The notes under the pieces: model-generated
What the model saw: only the letters and a program-made list of their open reading frames with translations
What the model was told of the DNA's origin: nothing
Databases searched by the model: none
Assembly: GCA_963848295.1 (NCBI GenBank)
Contig: CAWKDB010000011.1
Span: 320,001 to 384,000, forward strand
Reading direction: 5' to 3'
Length of the DNA stretch: 64,000 nt
Source of the DNA: an uncultured delta proteobacterium
GTDB lineage: Bacteria; Myxococcota_A; Polyangia; Haliangiales; Haliangiaceae
Shown here: in pieces, positions 1-13,057 of the stretch
How positions within the stretch are numbered: the stretch's first letter is position 1
How the letters are laid out: each line of letters opens with the position of its first letter
Made by a program: the position numbers and the translations under genes

Positions 1-1209
1 CCTTGACCCATAACACGCCGATCTCGCCGGGCGGCAGCTCCGGTGCGCCCGGGCCTTCGGCATCCTCGGCGAGGACCTTCAGCGTGTAGCCTTCGACCGC
101 TCGGCCGAGCGAGCCAGGTTGAACGTCGCCCGGACGGTTCGAGCAGTAGATGTGGAACATCTCGGCCGAGCCGATGCCGTCGTAGATATTCGGCGGCTTG
201 CCGGCGCCGAACCGTTCGGTGAACCGGCGGAGCAGCGGCTCCGGCAACGCCTCGCCGGCGGACAGCTGGAACCGCACCGACGAGAAATCCAAGCCCGGTT
301 TGCCTTGTGCGCGCCGCTCGTCGTCGAGATCGAGCAGCTTGCCGAGCATGGTCGGCACGTTCGTGACGATCGTCGCGCGATAACGTTTGATCGCCTCGGA
401 CACGCTCTCCGGCGTCGGCCGCTCGGAGAATAGCCCTACCGTCGCGCCGACCGCAAACGGGAACCACAGGTTCGTCCCGGTCGCGTAGCCGAAGAACAGC
501 CGCGGCACGCTGACCGACACGTCGGACTCGCGATAGCCGACGGTCTGCTTCGCGTACACCTCGGTGTTGAACGCGAAGTCGCGGTGGCTGTGCATCGCGG
601 CCTTCGGCCGACCGGTCGAGCCCGACGTGAACAGCCAGATCGCGGGATCGTCGCGGCGAATCCTCGGCAGTGCGACGATGCGCGACCGACCGATCGCGAT
701 CGTTCGCGCCAGCGAGACGCAGCGCGGCAAGCCGTCGACCGCGGGGCAATCTTGCTCGGGATCGTCGCCGGTCGCGGCATCGGGCGACAGCAACACGAGC
801 TTGAGGTTCGCCGCCTTCGGGTTCGCCGGCCCGAAGTGCGAGGCGAGCTGCTTGCCGACCGCAGGCGTCGTGATCAGCACTGCGGCGCGGACATACTCGA
901 CGACGTACGCGAGGTCCTCGATCGGCGCGTGCGGGTTGCCCATCGTGACGACCCCACCGGCGGCGAGCGTGCCGAAGATGCTCCACGCGAACGCCGGCGT
1001 ATCGGGCAACACGATGTAGACGCGCTGTTCGGGCACGAGGCCGCCCGCGACGAGTGCTCCCGCGAGCGCGCGCGACCGCTCCGCGACCTCGCCATAGCTC
1101 CACTGGCGATCGCCAAACCGCAGCGCGATGTTGCCGGCCTTGCCCTCGCGCTCGCGCGCGAACAAGAAGTAGTCCGCGAGATCGAAGTCTTCCGGGAACG
1201 TCACCGCGG

Positions 1210-1213
<4 letters not shown>
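1..1213 (-). CDS. Benzoate-CoA ligase family AMP-binding enzyme (3' end outside window)
   Basis: Own translation from ATG at 1213: MTAVTFPEDFDLADYFLFAR...; AMP-binding motif WLFTSGSTGRPKAAMHSH and VPRLFFGYATG. ATG overlaps the upstream gene's stop (ATGA). Confidence 0.88.
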
Positions 1214-2385
<1,172 letters not shown>

Positions 2386-2389
2386 CGCG

Positions 2390-3214
2390 TCAGTCCGGTT
2401 TCGTAGGAGCGCCGGCGAATCGCGCCGGTCGATTCGCTTTGAACGCTGCGTGCGCTTCTGCAAAGTCGCCGTGCTGCATGCACAACGCCTGCGCTTGGGC
2501 CTCGGCCTCGATCGCATCGCCGAGCGCCATCGCGTGCTCGCTCTCGAGCATCTGCTTGGTCATCGCATGCGCGAACGCCGGCCCGGCCGCGAGCTGATCC
2601 GCCCACTGCCGGGCGAGCGCGACCGCTGCGTCTGCATCGTCGACCACCCGGTTGACGAACCCGATGCGCAACGCGTGCGCCGCGTCGATCACCTCACCGA
2701 ACATCAGCAACTCGGTCGCGTGGCCGAGGCCGACGATCCGCGGGAGCAAGTACGTCACGCCCATGTCGGCGCCGGACAACCCGACTTTCGGGAAGATGAA
2801 GCCGAACTGCGCGGCCGCCGCCGCGATCCGCAGATCGCACGCGCACGCGATCACCGCGCCGGCTCCAACCGCGACGCCGTTGATCGCCGCGATCACCGGT
2901 CGGCGACAGCGTCGGATCGCCGCGATCAGTCGACCGGTTGCACGCGTGAACGCGAGCAGCTCGGGCGTCGAGCGTCCCAACAGGTGATGGATGATGTCGT
3001 CCTGATCGCCACCCGAGCAGAACCCGCGCCCGGCCCCGGTCACGATCACCGCGCGCACGTCATCCACGCGATCGAGCTGTTCGAACGTCTCGGCGAGCTC
3101 GCGATAGCTCTCGAACGTGAGCGCGTTGAGCCGCTTGGGCCGATCGAGCGTGATCAGAGCGACGCCCGCGGCGAGCTCGAGCTTGAACGTCGCGGGCGCG
3201 GGCAGCGTGCTCAT
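2390..3214 (-). CDS. Enoyl-CoA hydratase/isomerase family protein
   Basis: LDRPKRLNAL, GFCSGGD, PVIAAINGVAVGAG, CDLRIA crotonase motifs. Confidence 0.93.
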   Translation of the reverse strand: MSTLPAPATFKLELAAGVALITLDRPKRLNALTFESYRELAETFEQLDRVDDVRAVIVTGAGRGFCSGGDQDDIIHHLLGRSTPELLAFTRATGRLIAAIRRCRRPVIAAINGVAVGAGAVIACACDLRIAAAAAQFGFIFPKVGLSGADMGVTYLLPRIVGLGHATELLMFGEVIDAAHALRIGFVNRVVDDADAAVALARQWADQLAAGPAFAHAMTKQMLESEHAMALGDAIEAEAQAQALCMQHGDFAEAHAAFKANRPARFAGAPTKPD

Positions 3215-3612
3215 TCTTCGTGCTCCAGGTACGCGACCACTTGGATCTCGACGAGCGCCTCGGGCTCGACCAGCGCGGTCACGCCGACCAGTGCCATCGC
3301 GGGGAAGTACGTGCCCAGCCGCTCGCGCCAGACCGCGCCAATGGCTTTGCGCGCGGCGCGATACGCGGCGATGTCGGTGACGTAGACCGTCATCGCCGCG
3401 ATGTCCGTCGGATGCGCGTGCACCGCCCGGAGCACCGCGAGCACGTTATCGAGCGTCTGCGCGAACTGCCCGACCAGGTCCGTGGCGACGAACACTTGCT
3501 GCGCGTTCCACCCGATCTGTCCGGCGACGTGCAGCACCTTACCGTGGCCGATCCGGCCATCGGCGTAGCCCTTCGGCGTGACACCTTCGAGCAACACCAG
3601 CTCCGTGCTCAT
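3211..3612 (-). CDS. RidA/YjgF family protein
   Basis: PKGYADG, VAGQIG, FPAMALVGVTALVEPEALVEI; start MSTEL overlaps the SDR stop. Confidence 0.9.
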   Translation of the reverse strand: MSTELVLLEGVTPKGYADGRIGHGKVLHVAGQIGWNAQQVFVATDLVGQFAQTLDNVLAVLRAVHAHPTDIAAMTVYVTDIAAYRAARKAIGAVWRERLGTYFPAMALVGVTALVEPEALVEIQVVAYLEHEE

Positions 3613-4373
3613 TTCAGGATCGCTCCTCCATCGATGACGATGGTCTGGCCGTGGATGCCGCGCGCGCCGTGCTCGCACAACGAGACGACCGCGTGCGCGA
3701 CCTCATCGGGCTCGATCATGCGCTTCTGCGGGCTCATCGCCTCGAGCGTGGCCCGCGCGTCTGCGACGCTGCGCTTGGTCTTCTCCGCGATCCGCGCGAC
3801 CGCATCGCCGGCGAGCTGCGTGTCGACCCACCCCGGGCACACCGCGTTGATCGTCACGCCGGTGCGCGCGAGCTCGATCGCGAGCGCACGAGTCATCCCG
3901 ACCAACGCGTGCTTTGCGGCGCAGTACGCGGTCGAATAGGCGTAGCCCGAGACACCGGCGTTCGAGGCGATGTTGATGATCCGGCCCCACTTGGCCGCGG
4001 TCATCGCCGGCGCGAGCGCCCGAATCAACCGGAACGGCGCGGTCGCATCGAGCTCGAGGATGCGATCCCAGATCGCATCGGTCGTGCGATCGAGCGCCGC
4101 GCTCTCCGCGATCCCCGCGTTGTTGACGAGGATGTCGACGCGACCGTGCGCGGCGAGCTCGGCGACGAGCCGATCGGTCGCCCGCCGATCGCCGAGATCG
4201 GCGACGAGCGCGACGCCCCCGACCGCGTTCGCGACCGCCTGCAAGTCAGCCGAGCCGCGCCCACACACGACAGCCTTCGCACCCGCCGCCGCCAGCGCGC
4301 GCGCACACGCGGCGCCGATGCCTCGGCCACCACCGGTGACGAGCGCTAGCCTACCAGCGAGCGGCGGACTCAC
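3609..4373 (-). CDS. Short-chain dehydrogenase/reductase
   Basis: TGGGRGIG, NNAG, YCAAK (YxxxK), NAVCPG. Confidence 0.94.
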   Translation of the reverse strand: MSPPLAGRLALVTGGGRGIGAACARALAAAGAKAVVCGRGSADLQAVANAVGGVALVADLGDRRATDRLVAELAAHGRVDILVNNAGIAESAALDRTTDAIWDRILELDATAPFRLIRALAPAMTAAKWGRIINIASNAGVSGYAYSTAYCAAKHALVGMTRALAIELARTGVTINAVCPGWVDTQLAGDAVARIAEKTKRSVADARATLEAMSPQKRMIEPDEVAHAVVSLCEHGARGIHGQTIVIDGGAILK

Positions 4374-4385
4374 GCCCGGGGCATA

Positions 4386-5207
4386 TCACGGCGGCGCTGG
4401 CTTGAGGGCGAGCATGATGCCGGTCCACCCGTAGAGGTTCTCGTTCGTCGTCGTCACCGTCTGATCGGCGACCGGACCCGCGGTCGATTGCGCGAGCGAG
4501 CCGGCGAGGAAGTTCTCCGACATCGTGATATCGGAGAGGACGTTGTAGATCGTGGTGAACCCCGCGGGCCCGCTCTGCGTGCTCGGACCGGTGACATCGG
4601 CGTCGTTGTTATCGCCGTACAAGAGCACGATCAGATCGCCATCGGAGGTCGTGGTTAACCCTGGAACGTCTTGCAGCTGTGGCGTGAGATCGATCGTGCA
4701 GGCATCGGTCTCGTTCGTCGTACCGGCGACACCGATCGCGTCGAACGGCGTATTCGGATCGACGCCTCGAAACGAGATGATCGTGGCGTTGCAGTACCCG
4801 CTGCACGTCGCTTGCGGCGCCGGCATCATGCTCAGGTCGGCCGCGAACAGCATGTACACCGCCGACCCCGAGCTCGCGCATTTCGGGTCGGTCCATGGCG
4901 CGACGACCGGTGTCCAGCTCCCGAACACCGGACCGATCCACGATCCGAGATTCTCCGCCCACGTCGCGTGCATCACCATCAGGTCGCCATCGATCGTGCC
5001 GGCGGGAACCGCCACCGCGAGCGACGCGTTCGAGGTGTTGATCCAGCTCGTGTACGCGCCGGCGGCGACGACCGCGATCGCGCCGGAGCTCGCATCCGGC
5101 GATCTGCCGTCACTACCCGGACCCCCGTCGCCGCCCGCCGAACCGAGCGCGAAGTCGATCCGTCCGCACGCGCAGAGTGCGAGCAATGCTAGTCGCGAAC
5201 CGCCCAC
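4386..5207 (-). CDS. Secreted lipoprotein-like hypothetical protein
   Basis: GTG at 5207; hydrophobic signal ending LCAC-GRIDF, G/D-rich linker, T/S-rich beta domain. Confidence 0.7.
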   Translation of the reverse strand: MGGSRLALLALCACGRIDFALGSAGGDGGPGSDGRSPDASSGAIAVVAAGAYTSWINTSNASLAVAVPAGTIDGDLMVMHATWAENLGSWIGPVFGSWTPVVAPWTDPKCASSGSAVYMLFAADLSMMPAPQATCSGYCNATIISFRGVDPNTPFDAIGVAGTTNETDACTIDLTPQLQDVPGLTTTSDGDLIVLLYGDNNDADVTGPSTQSGPAGFTTIYNVLSDITMSENFLAGSLAQSTAGPVADQTVTTTNENLYGWTGIMLALKPAPP

Positions 5208-5271
5208 ATCCCGCACGGTACGGGCCGGCGGTTCGCGCGTCAAACACCGGTTTCGTCTACGCTCGCGCCCG

Positions 5272-6705
5272 ATGGAGCTCTCCACTCTGGACGCGACCGC
5301 GCAGGCCGAGCTCGTTGCGACGCGTCAGATTTCGCCGCGCGAGCTCGTCGACGCCGCGATCGACCGGATCGAACGCCACAACCCGGAGCTCGGCGCGGTG
5401 ATCCTCCCGCTCTACGACGAAGCGCGCAAGACCGCGGACGCGGCAGTCGACGGTCCGTTTCGCGGTGTGCCGATCTTGATCAAAGACATCGGCGCGACGA
5501 TCGGAGGCGTGCTCTACACCGCTGGCTTGGTCCCGCTTAAGCAGATCGGCTATACGCCCCCGCACGACGCGCACCTCGTCACCCAGCTCAAGCGCGCGGG
5601 CTTCGTGATCGTCGGCAAGAGCAACTGCTCCGAGCTCGGCATCGTGCCCGCCGCGGAACCGCCGGCGTGGCCGCCGACTCACAACCCCTACGATCTCTCG
5701 CGCGGGTCGGGAGGCTCGAGTGGTGGTTCGGCGTGTGCGGTCGCGACAGGGATGGTCCCGATCGCGCATGCGAACGACGGCGGCGGCTCGATCCGGATTC
5801 CGGCGAGCTGCTGCGGCTTGTTCGGGCTCAAGCCGAGTCGCGGCCGCGTCTCGCTCGCGCCGGACCTCGGCGACGTCAACGGCGGGTTGACCTGCGATCA
5901 CGTCGTGACGCGCTCGGTCCGCGATTCGGCGGCGGTGCTCGATCTACTCGCCGGCATGCAACCGGGCGATCCGTATTGCGCGCCGCCCCAGCTCACGCCG
6001 TATCTCGCGGAGGTCGGCGCACCGCCCGGTAGGCTGCGCATCGGCTTCGCGAGCCGACACTTGAGCCTCGACGGCGGCCTGCACGACTCGCATCCCGATT
6101 GCGTCGCCGCGGTCGATCACGCCGCGAAGCTGTGCGAGTCGCTCGGCCATCACGTCGAAGAAGCCGACCTGTCGTCGCTCACCGATCCGGCGTGGGTGCC
6201 GAGCTTCCTGGCGATCTGGGTCGTCGGCGTCGCGACCGAGCTGCGCGAGCTCGCCACGCTGATCGATCGCCCGGTGGTCGAGAGCGATGTCGAGCCGCTG
6301 ACCTGGGCGCTCGGCGAGCTCGGCAAGCTCGTCAACGGCCCGGGCTACGTCGGAGCGTGGCGCTGGATCCAGCGCGCGACGCGACGGATCGCCGGCCTGT
6401 GGCAACGCTACGACGTCTTGCTGACGCCGACCGTGACGTCGCCGCCGGTGCCGCTCGGCACGTTCAAGTCGACGCCCGACGATCCGCTCAGCGGCATCTT
6501 TCGCGCGGGCGATTTCGCGCCGTTCACCGCGGTGTTCAACGGCACCGGGCAACCGGCTGCCTCGATCCCGCTGTATCGCAGCGCGAGCGGACTACCGATC
6601 GGCGTCCAGCTCGCGGGCGCGTATGGCCGCGAAGATCTGTTGATCCGATTGGCGTCGCAGCTCGAAGCCGCGCAACCGTTCGTCCATGCCGCGACGCGCG
6701 CGTAG
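5272..6705 (+). CDS. Amidase signature family protein
   Basis: [32 protein letters not shown] at 5272. Confidence 0.94.
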   Translation: MELSTLDATAQAELVATRQISPRELVDAAIDRIERHNPELGAVILPLYDEARKTADAAVDGPFRGVPILIKDIGATIGGVLYTAGLVPLKQIGYTPPHDAHLVTQLKRAGFVIVGKSNCSELGIVPAAEPPAWPPTHNPYDLSRGSGGSSGGSACAVATGMVPIAHANDGGGSIRIPASCCGLFGLKPSRGRVSLAPDLGDVNGGLTCDHVVTRSVRDSAAVLDLLAGMQPGDPYCAPPQLTPYLAEVGAPPGRLRIGFASRHLSLDGGLHDSHPDCVAAVDHAAKLCESLGHHVEEADLSSLTDPAWVPSFLAIWVVGVATELRELATLIDRPVVESDVEPLTWALGELGKLVNGPGYVGAWRWIQRATRRIAGLWQRYDVLLTPTVTSPPVPLGTFKSTPDDPLSGIFRAGDFAPFTAVFNGTGQPAASIPLYRSASGLPIGVQLAGAYGREDLLIRLASQLEAAQPFVHAATRA

Positions 6706-7293
6706 CTACGGCAGCTGCTTGCGGATGTTCGCGATCACTTCGGCGTAGCTCGTGCTCTCGACGACCTCCGCCATCTCGGCGGTGTAGCGCGACACCAGAT
6801 CTTCGCGACCGCGATCGATCGCATCGCGCCGCGCGTTATGGAGCGTTAGAAACGCGCGCTCGGCATTCGAGAAGTACTGCACGGCGGCGAGCACGGCCCG
6901 CGCGGTCGACATCGTGATCGAGCGCGACGCATCGCCGAACGAGAACCGCCGGCCCTCGGAGTTCGTGATGTCGAGCGTGACCTTGCCGACAGCGTCGACG
7001 CCATGCATCGCCTTCTTGGTCTCGATGTCGGCGGCCAGGTGAAACCCGGTGAGCTGTAGCGTCCTGAGCGATTGATACTCGCGCGCGTAGCGAGCGAGTA
7101 AGCCCGAGTACAGCGCGTCGACCACGCCGACGCCTTTGCCCTCGACCTCGACCGGGGTCTCGCCTTCGAGCACGGTGATCTTCGCGGCGCAACCATCGGC
7201 GGTCTCGTCGATGGCGAGCCTGGCGACCGACAGCGCGAGGAAGTTCGCGCCGAGGACTCGACGGATCAGAGGATCGTGCTCCAAGGTGATCAC
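6706..7293 (-). CDS. Hypothetical protein resembling a stand-alone LeuA (2-isopropylmalate synthase) regulatory domain
   Basis: GKGVGVVDALYSGL resembles the LeuA GNGPVDA(L)xxAL motif; SRSITMSTARAVLAAV resembles DIVxASxxAxxxA. Confidence 0.5.
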   Translation of the reverse strand: MITLEHDPLIRRVLGANFLALSVARLAIDETADGCAAKITVLEGETPVEVEGKGVGVVDALYSGLLARYAREYQSLRTLQLTGFHLAADIETKKAMHGVDAVGKVTLDITNSEGRRFSFGDASRSITMSTARAVLAAVQYFSNAERAFLTLHNARRDAIDRGREDLVSRYTAEMAEVVESTSYAEVIANIRKQLP

Positions 7294-7438
7294 ACGGTCA
7301 GTTTACCCCCGTCGTCGCCGGTGCGCCGGTGCGATCCTGCGTCGCAGGGATCATATGGCCGAGGTTGCGTGCAGTTGGCCGAACTCCCGGTCGTGCGTGC
7401 GTCACACGGCTTACATGCACGTGGCATAGTTTGCCGCC

Positions 7439-8074
7439 GTGTCGCTCGTCCAGCTCCGCCGTCACGTCGCCCACTTGCGGGCGTGCACTGCCTGCCCCGA
7501 AATGATCGGGCCGGTCGTGACCGGTGAACCCGTGCTCTCGCCGGTGATGCTCGTCGGGCAGGCGCCGGGGACCCACGAAGGCCCGGCCGGCAAACCGTTC
7601 GCTTGGACCGCCGGCAAGACGATGTTCGCGTGGTTCGCGAGCATCGGTCTGCCCGAAGCGGAGTTTCGCCGCCACATCTATATGGCCGCAGTATGTCGCT
7701 GCTTCCCGGGCAAGGCGGCGAGCGGCGGCGATCGCGTACCGTCGCCCGCCGAGGTCGAGCGCTGCAGCGTGCATCTCCGCGCGGAGGTCGAGCTGCTCGA
7801 GCCCGAGCTGATCATTCCCGTGGGCAAGCTCGCGATCGCCCAGCTCGCGCCCGACACCGACAAGCTGGTCGACATCGTCGGCCAGACCCGGCGCGCGACG
7901 ATCGCCGGCGTCGCGACCGACGTGATCGCCTTGCCGCATCCGTCGGGCGCCTCGACCTGGCATCGCACCGAACCCGGCAAGTCACTGCTCGCGCGAGCGC
8001 TGCAAGCGATCGGTAAGCATCCGGCGTGGCAGCGTGTGGTCGCGAACGCGAGCGAGCATAGGATGTCGTCGTGA
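7439..8074 (+). CDS. Uracil-DNA glycosylase superfamily protein
   Basis: CTAC, VGQAPG, CRCFPG, LPHPSG motifs. Confidence 0.88.
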   Translation: MSLVQLRRHVAHLRACTACPEMIGPVVTGEPVLSPVMLVGQAPGTHEGPAGKPFAWTAGKTMFAWFASIGLPEAEFRRHIYMAAVCRCFPGKAASGGDRVPSPAEVERCSVHLRAEVELLEPELIIPVGKLAIAQLAPDTDKLVDIVGQTRRATIAGVATDVIALPHPSGASTWHRTEPGKSLLARALQAIGKHPAWQRVVANASEHRMSS

Positions 8075-9156
8075 GTCGCGTCGCCGAATTGCTCGCCGAG
8101 CTCGTCGCGCTGCCGACCCAGCAAGCCGGCAGCGATGGCCAGCCAGGCAACGAGCTCGCGCTGTGCGAGCACCTCGCGCCGATGCTGCGTGCCCGCGGCG
8201 CCGACGAGGTCGTCGTGCAAGCCGCGCCGCGCACGGATGGCAGCCCCGGCGCCTTCGTGTTCGCGCGCTGGGGCTCGCCGACGCGGATCATCAATGCGCA
8301 CGTCGACACCGTGCCCGCGAACGCCGGCTGGTCGCGCGATCCGTGGCAGCCCGCGATCGTCGGCGATCGGCTCTACGGCCTCGGCTCGTGCGACACCAAG
8401 GGTGCGATCGCCGCGACGCTCGTCGCACTCGACGCGGGCCAGCCGCGCGATCGCGGCGTGCTGTTCTCGGGCGACGAAGAAGCGGGCAGCGCGATCATCG
8501 ACGCGTTCCTCGCATCGCGCCATGCGACGGGCATCCGCGAAGCGATCGTGTGCGAGCCGACCGCACGCGCCGCAGGCATCGCCCATCGCGGCATCCTCGG
8601 CCAACGCGCGACGCTCGTCGGCACTGGCGGTCATTCGTCGAAGGCCGACTTCATGCCGCGCCCGCTCGCTCAGCTCGCGCGGCTCGCGGTCGCGATCGAT
8701 GACCTCGGGCGCGCGCAGCTCCATGCCGGCCCGCCCGGCATGACCGGCCTGTGCCTCAACATCGCCGCCCTGACCGGCGGTGTCGCGTTCAACGTCGTGC
8801 CGGCGCGCGGCGAGCTCGAGTGGTCGCTGCGCCCCTATCCCGGCTTCGATGCCGCGGCGTGGAACGCACAGATCGTCGAGCTCGCGCGCTCGATCGATCC
8901 GGCGATCGCGGTGAGCGCGGCGATCGAGCACGTGCCGTTCTCCTGCGACCGCCTCGCCGCGGTGGTCAAGCCGTTCGTCCGCGCGCCGGTGGCCTTGGAC
9001 TTCTGGACCGAAGCGGCGGTGTTCGCGCAGCACGGTATCGACGCGATCGTGGTCGGCCCCGGCGACATCGCGCAGGCGCACTCGGGCGACGAGTTCGTCG
9101 CGCTCGCCGATCTCGATTGGGCCGTCGACCTCTACCGCGCGATGCTCGGCGACTGA
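8071..9156 (+). CDS. M20 metallopeptidase / acetylornithine deacetylase (ArgE-like)
   Basis: NAHVDTVP, GLGSCDTKG, GDEE, CEPT, GPGDIAQAH. Confidence 0.88.
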   Translation: MSRVAELLAELVALPTQQAGSDGQPGNELALCEHLAPMLRARGADEVVVQAAPRTDGSPGAFVFARWGSPTRIINAHVDTVPANAGWSRDPWQPAIVGDRLYGLGSCDTKGAIAATLVALDAGQPRDRGVLFSGDEEAGSAIIDAFLASRHATGIREAIVCEPTARAAGIAHRGILGQRATLVGTGGHSSKADFMPRPLAQLARLAVAIDDLGRAQLHAGPPGMTGLCLNIAALTGGVAFNVVPARGELEWSLRPYPGFDAAAWNAQIVELARSIDPAIAVSAAIEHVPFSCDRLAAVVKPFVRAPVALDFWTEAAVFAQHGIDAIVVGPGDIAQAHSGDEFVALADLDWAVDLYRAMLGD

Positions 9157-9485
9157 TGCGGGTCGCGATCGCGGCGCTCGTCGTGTGTGCGGCGGCTTGG
9201 GCGCACGCCGACCGCACCTGGGACCTTCGAATGCCGCCCGGCACGCACCATGACGCGTCCGGCGAGCTCGTCGCGGGCCGCGGCCTGCGCGACACGACCG
9301 ACTTCATCGCGAAGGAGCTGGCTAGGCGCGGGATCGCCGCCGACCAGGTCGGGCCGTACAGCGTCCGCGGCGTCGAGCTCACCCGGTTCATCAGCAGGAC
9401 GGCGCAGACCGCCTGGCTGGCGGTCCACGTCATGCGGGTCGCCGGCAAGACCGTGATCTTCTTCGTCGCCCGCCCCGGCCCTTGA
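9156..9485 (+). CDS. Small secreted hypothetical protein
   Basis: ATG overlaps the M20 stop; signal peptide MRVAIAALVVCAAAWAHA. Confidence 0.65.
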   Translation: MRVAIAALVVCAAAWAHADRTWDLRMPPGTHHDASGELVAGRGLRDTTDFIAKELARRGIAADQVGPYSVRGVELTRFISRTAQTAWLAVHVMRVAGKTVIFFVARPGP

Positions 9486-9526
9486 CGGCATCGCCCCGCT
9501 ACCGTTAATCAATGGGCCGCCGTCAC

Positions 9527-9600
9527 TCGGGGATCGTCTAATGGCAGGACGCCAGACTCTGACTCTGGCTATCTAGGTTCGAATCCTAGTCCCCGAACCA
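9527..9600 (+). tRNA. tRNA-Gln (anticodon CTG)
   Basis: Acceptor TCGGGGA/TCCCCGA, anticodon arm CCAGA-CTCTGAC-TCTGG, GGTTCGAATCC T-arm, encoded CCA. Confidence 0.96.
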
Positions 9601-9604
9601 ACGC

Positions 9605-9633
9605 TTGACCGTGCATCACCCCTCTTGTAGAAC
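9605..9633 (+). promoter_or_regulatory. Putative sigma70 promoter of tRNA-Glu
   Basis: TTGACC-17 nt-TAGAAC. A similar TTGACG...GTTAAT (9482-9509) precedes tRNA-Gln. Confidence 0.5.
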
Positions 9634-9646
9634 CTCCGCTCCTTCC

Positions 9647-11009
<1,363 letters not shown>

Positions 11010-11011
11010 AG

Positions 11012-11230
11012 CTATACCTTTCTCGACGAGCTTCGCGCGCTCGCCGCGTCGCACACGTTGCGGATCCAGTCCGAGAGTCCGAGCCCTGCCGCCTTCGCAG
11101 CTCGCTCGTACGCCGCGCGTTCGCGGTCGGTCGCGCGTAGCCCGATGATCGCGGTTGGACGGTCCGCGCGCAGCGGTCGGCCGATTCGCGGAGCCTTGCT
11201 CGACTTCGTTCGCGCTCGCACTGTGACCAT
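11012..11230 (-). CDS. Small ribbon-helix-helix-like DNA-binding protein
   Basis: IIGLRATDRERAAYERAAKAAGLGLSDWIR fits an RHH (MobC/CopG-like) pattern. Confidence 0.65.
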   Translation of the reverse strand: MVTVRARTKSSKAPRIGRPLRADRPTAIIGLRATDRERAAYERAAKAAGLGLSDWIRNVCDAASARSSSRKV

Positions 11231-11269
11231 CTTGCTGTTTCCGTTTAACGAATGCAAGTGCCCTCCGAA

Positions 11270-11785
11270 TTACCAAACGCGCTCGCGTAGTTTCGGCTCA
11301 GGCCCGTACCGCGTCGGCTCGTGCAGATCCGATCTCGCCACGCCGAGCCGCGCACCGGGCAACGCTCGTTTGACGCGCCGAAACGCCTTCGCCTCGATTT
11401 GGCGGATCCTTTCGCGAGTCACGTTGAGGCGCTCTCCGACCTCTTCGAGCGTGACCGCACCGCGATCGGCGATATCGAGCGAACACGAGCCCCATCGCTG
11501 AATTTGCTCGGCGAGCGCATCGGCGGCGGCTTCGAGATCGGCTTCCGATGGATCGGCCGGCACGTCGTGCGTGCCGATGGTGAGACCACCACGGAACCCG
11601 ACGTCGACGGAGAACATGTGGTGACGACACGAAATGAATGGGCATCCCGAGGCGGGACGCTTGCCGTGCAGAGGATCGCAGTCACCACGCGTTCGTGGTC
11701 GGTGCGGCTGCGCGTCACTCGTGCTCGTAAAGTCGGCGACCGGATCTGTGTTCGCGAGCACCGCGAGAGCTGCGACACGCTTCAT
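11270..11785 (-). CDS. Sigma70 region-4 HTH domain protein with Cys/His-rich N-terminal region
   Basis: TLEEVGERLNVTRERIRQIEAKAFRR is a region 4.2 signature; RPRTRGDC...CPFISCRHH. Start uncertain (11785 or 11857). Confidence 0.8.
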   Translation of the reverse strand: MKRVAALAVLANTDPVADFTSTSDAQPHRPRTRGDCDPLHGKRPASGCPFISCRHHMFSVDVGFRGGLTIGTHDVPADPSEADLEAAADALAEQIQRWGSCSLDIADRGAVTLEEVGERLNVTRERIRQIEAKAFRRVKRALPGARLGVARSDLHEPTRYGPEPKLRERVW

Positions 11786-11822
11786 CGCGAGCGCCTCAGC
11801 TTCACTAGCGCCGTGGCACTCG

Positions 11823-12086
11823 TCATCGTCCGTGCTCGCGTAGGACGTCGTCGACAACCTTCGCGAGCGGTTGACGCCGGTCTCGCTTCAGCGACCTGGC
11901 GACCTGACGGCGGATCCACTCCCCCAGCGACAGCGGTTTCCCGTTGGCGCCCCTCGCCGCACTCGCGCGCCGTTTCCAGTCCCTGAACGTCGCGTCGTCG
12001 AGCCAGATCCCCGCGTTGTTACGCGCGCGCTCCGCGGCGGGCTTCGCGGGTCTGCCCGGATCTCCGAATGTTGGTCGTCGTGACAT
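11823..12086 (-). CDS. Small RHH-like hypothetical regulator
   Basis: GRPAK...GIWLDDATFRDWKRRA...SLGEWIRRQV; GGAG SD upstream. Confidence 0.55.
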   Translation of the reverse strand: MSRRPTFGDPGRPAKPAAERARNNAGIWLDDATFRDWKRRASAARGANGKPLSLGEWIRRQVARSLKRDRRQPLAKVVDDVLREHGR

Positions 12087-12209
12087 CAGTCGACTCCTGC
12101 TGTTTCAAGGAAAACAAGCCCCCCGGTCGAGGCGATTTTTCGTGGGAACGATGCCCGGGCTGAGTAGCCGCCTGTGATCATTCTGCGACCACTGCGCCAT
12201 CGGTTCCTG

Positions 12210-12944
12210 TCATCGCGAGGACGCTGCGACGTCGGCCGGACGCCACACGCCGAGCACACGCGTGACCGTGACGGCCTCGACCGCCTCGGGCTGACCGTTC
12301 GACGCGTTTGCCGCGATGTAGCTGTGCAGTCGACGAAGCCAGAACACGCGGAGCCACTCGCCACGCTGCACGCTTTCGGCGTGTGCGGCAGCGACGCGCC
12401 TACCGAGGTCGACCGTCTCGACCCCGATGCTTTTCGCAAGCTCGGCGGCCCAGGTCGAGTCGCACGTGACGAACGCCGACAGCGGCGACACGGTCGGCAG
12501 CGGGAACACGCGCTCGTCCTCCGCGGTGAGCGGCATGATCGGTCCCAGCGCTCGGATCGCGAACGCGACCTCCGCAGTGGCCACACCGGCCGCGTAGCCT
12601 TCCGCTACAACGCGTGCGGGCTCACGGATGGCGGCGAGGATGCCGGCGTTCAAAAGCTCGGCAGAAGCGAACCCGTTGGGCTCTGACGGCACGCCGAGCG
12701 CTCGGTCGAGCGTGAGCCGGATCGGAGGGATCAACGGAATCGGCGGCGGGTTTCGTGCCTCGCGAAGTTCTTGCTCTGCGCGATCGGCGTGGAGTGTGGC
12801 GCTCGCCAAGTCGTCGGCGATCGCGAGACGCTTGGCGGCCGCGACGAATTCGGGCGCGCGGCCCACGGGACCGCCGGCGGCGATTGAACCGGCGATCGCG
12901 GCGAGACGGTTTTCGAGAGCGCGAGTTTGATGGACGATGTTCAC
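12210..12944 (-). CDS. Hypothetical protein (element)
   Basis: GTG at 12944 preceded by GAAAGG; same strand as the element core genes. Confidence 0.6.
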   Translation of the reverse strand: MNIVHQTRALENRLAAIAGSIAAGGPVGRAPEFVAAAKRLAIADDLASATLHADRAEQELREARNPPPIPLIPPIRLTLDRALGVPSEPNGFASAELLNAGILAAIREPARVVAEGYAAGVATAEVAFAIRALGPIMPLTAEDERVFPLPTVSPLSAFVTCDSTWAAELAKSIGVETVDLGRRVAAAHAESVQRGEWLRVFWLRRLHSYIAANASNGQPEAVEAVTVTRVLGVWRPADVAASSR

Positions 12945-13057
12945 GGTCGAGGCCTTTCGTTGTGGTCGAGAAAGCGGCTCCGCGCGACCGCGCTCCACGC
13001 CGCGAACCGGGTAGCGGTGCGGCGCATCGGAACGACGCGATGCGCGGAGCCAAAGAG

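Noticed and set aside
11010..11276. N-terminal extension of the integrase in the ORF track
   Set aside because: Overlaps the RHH gene; a GTG with SD at 11009 is the better start.
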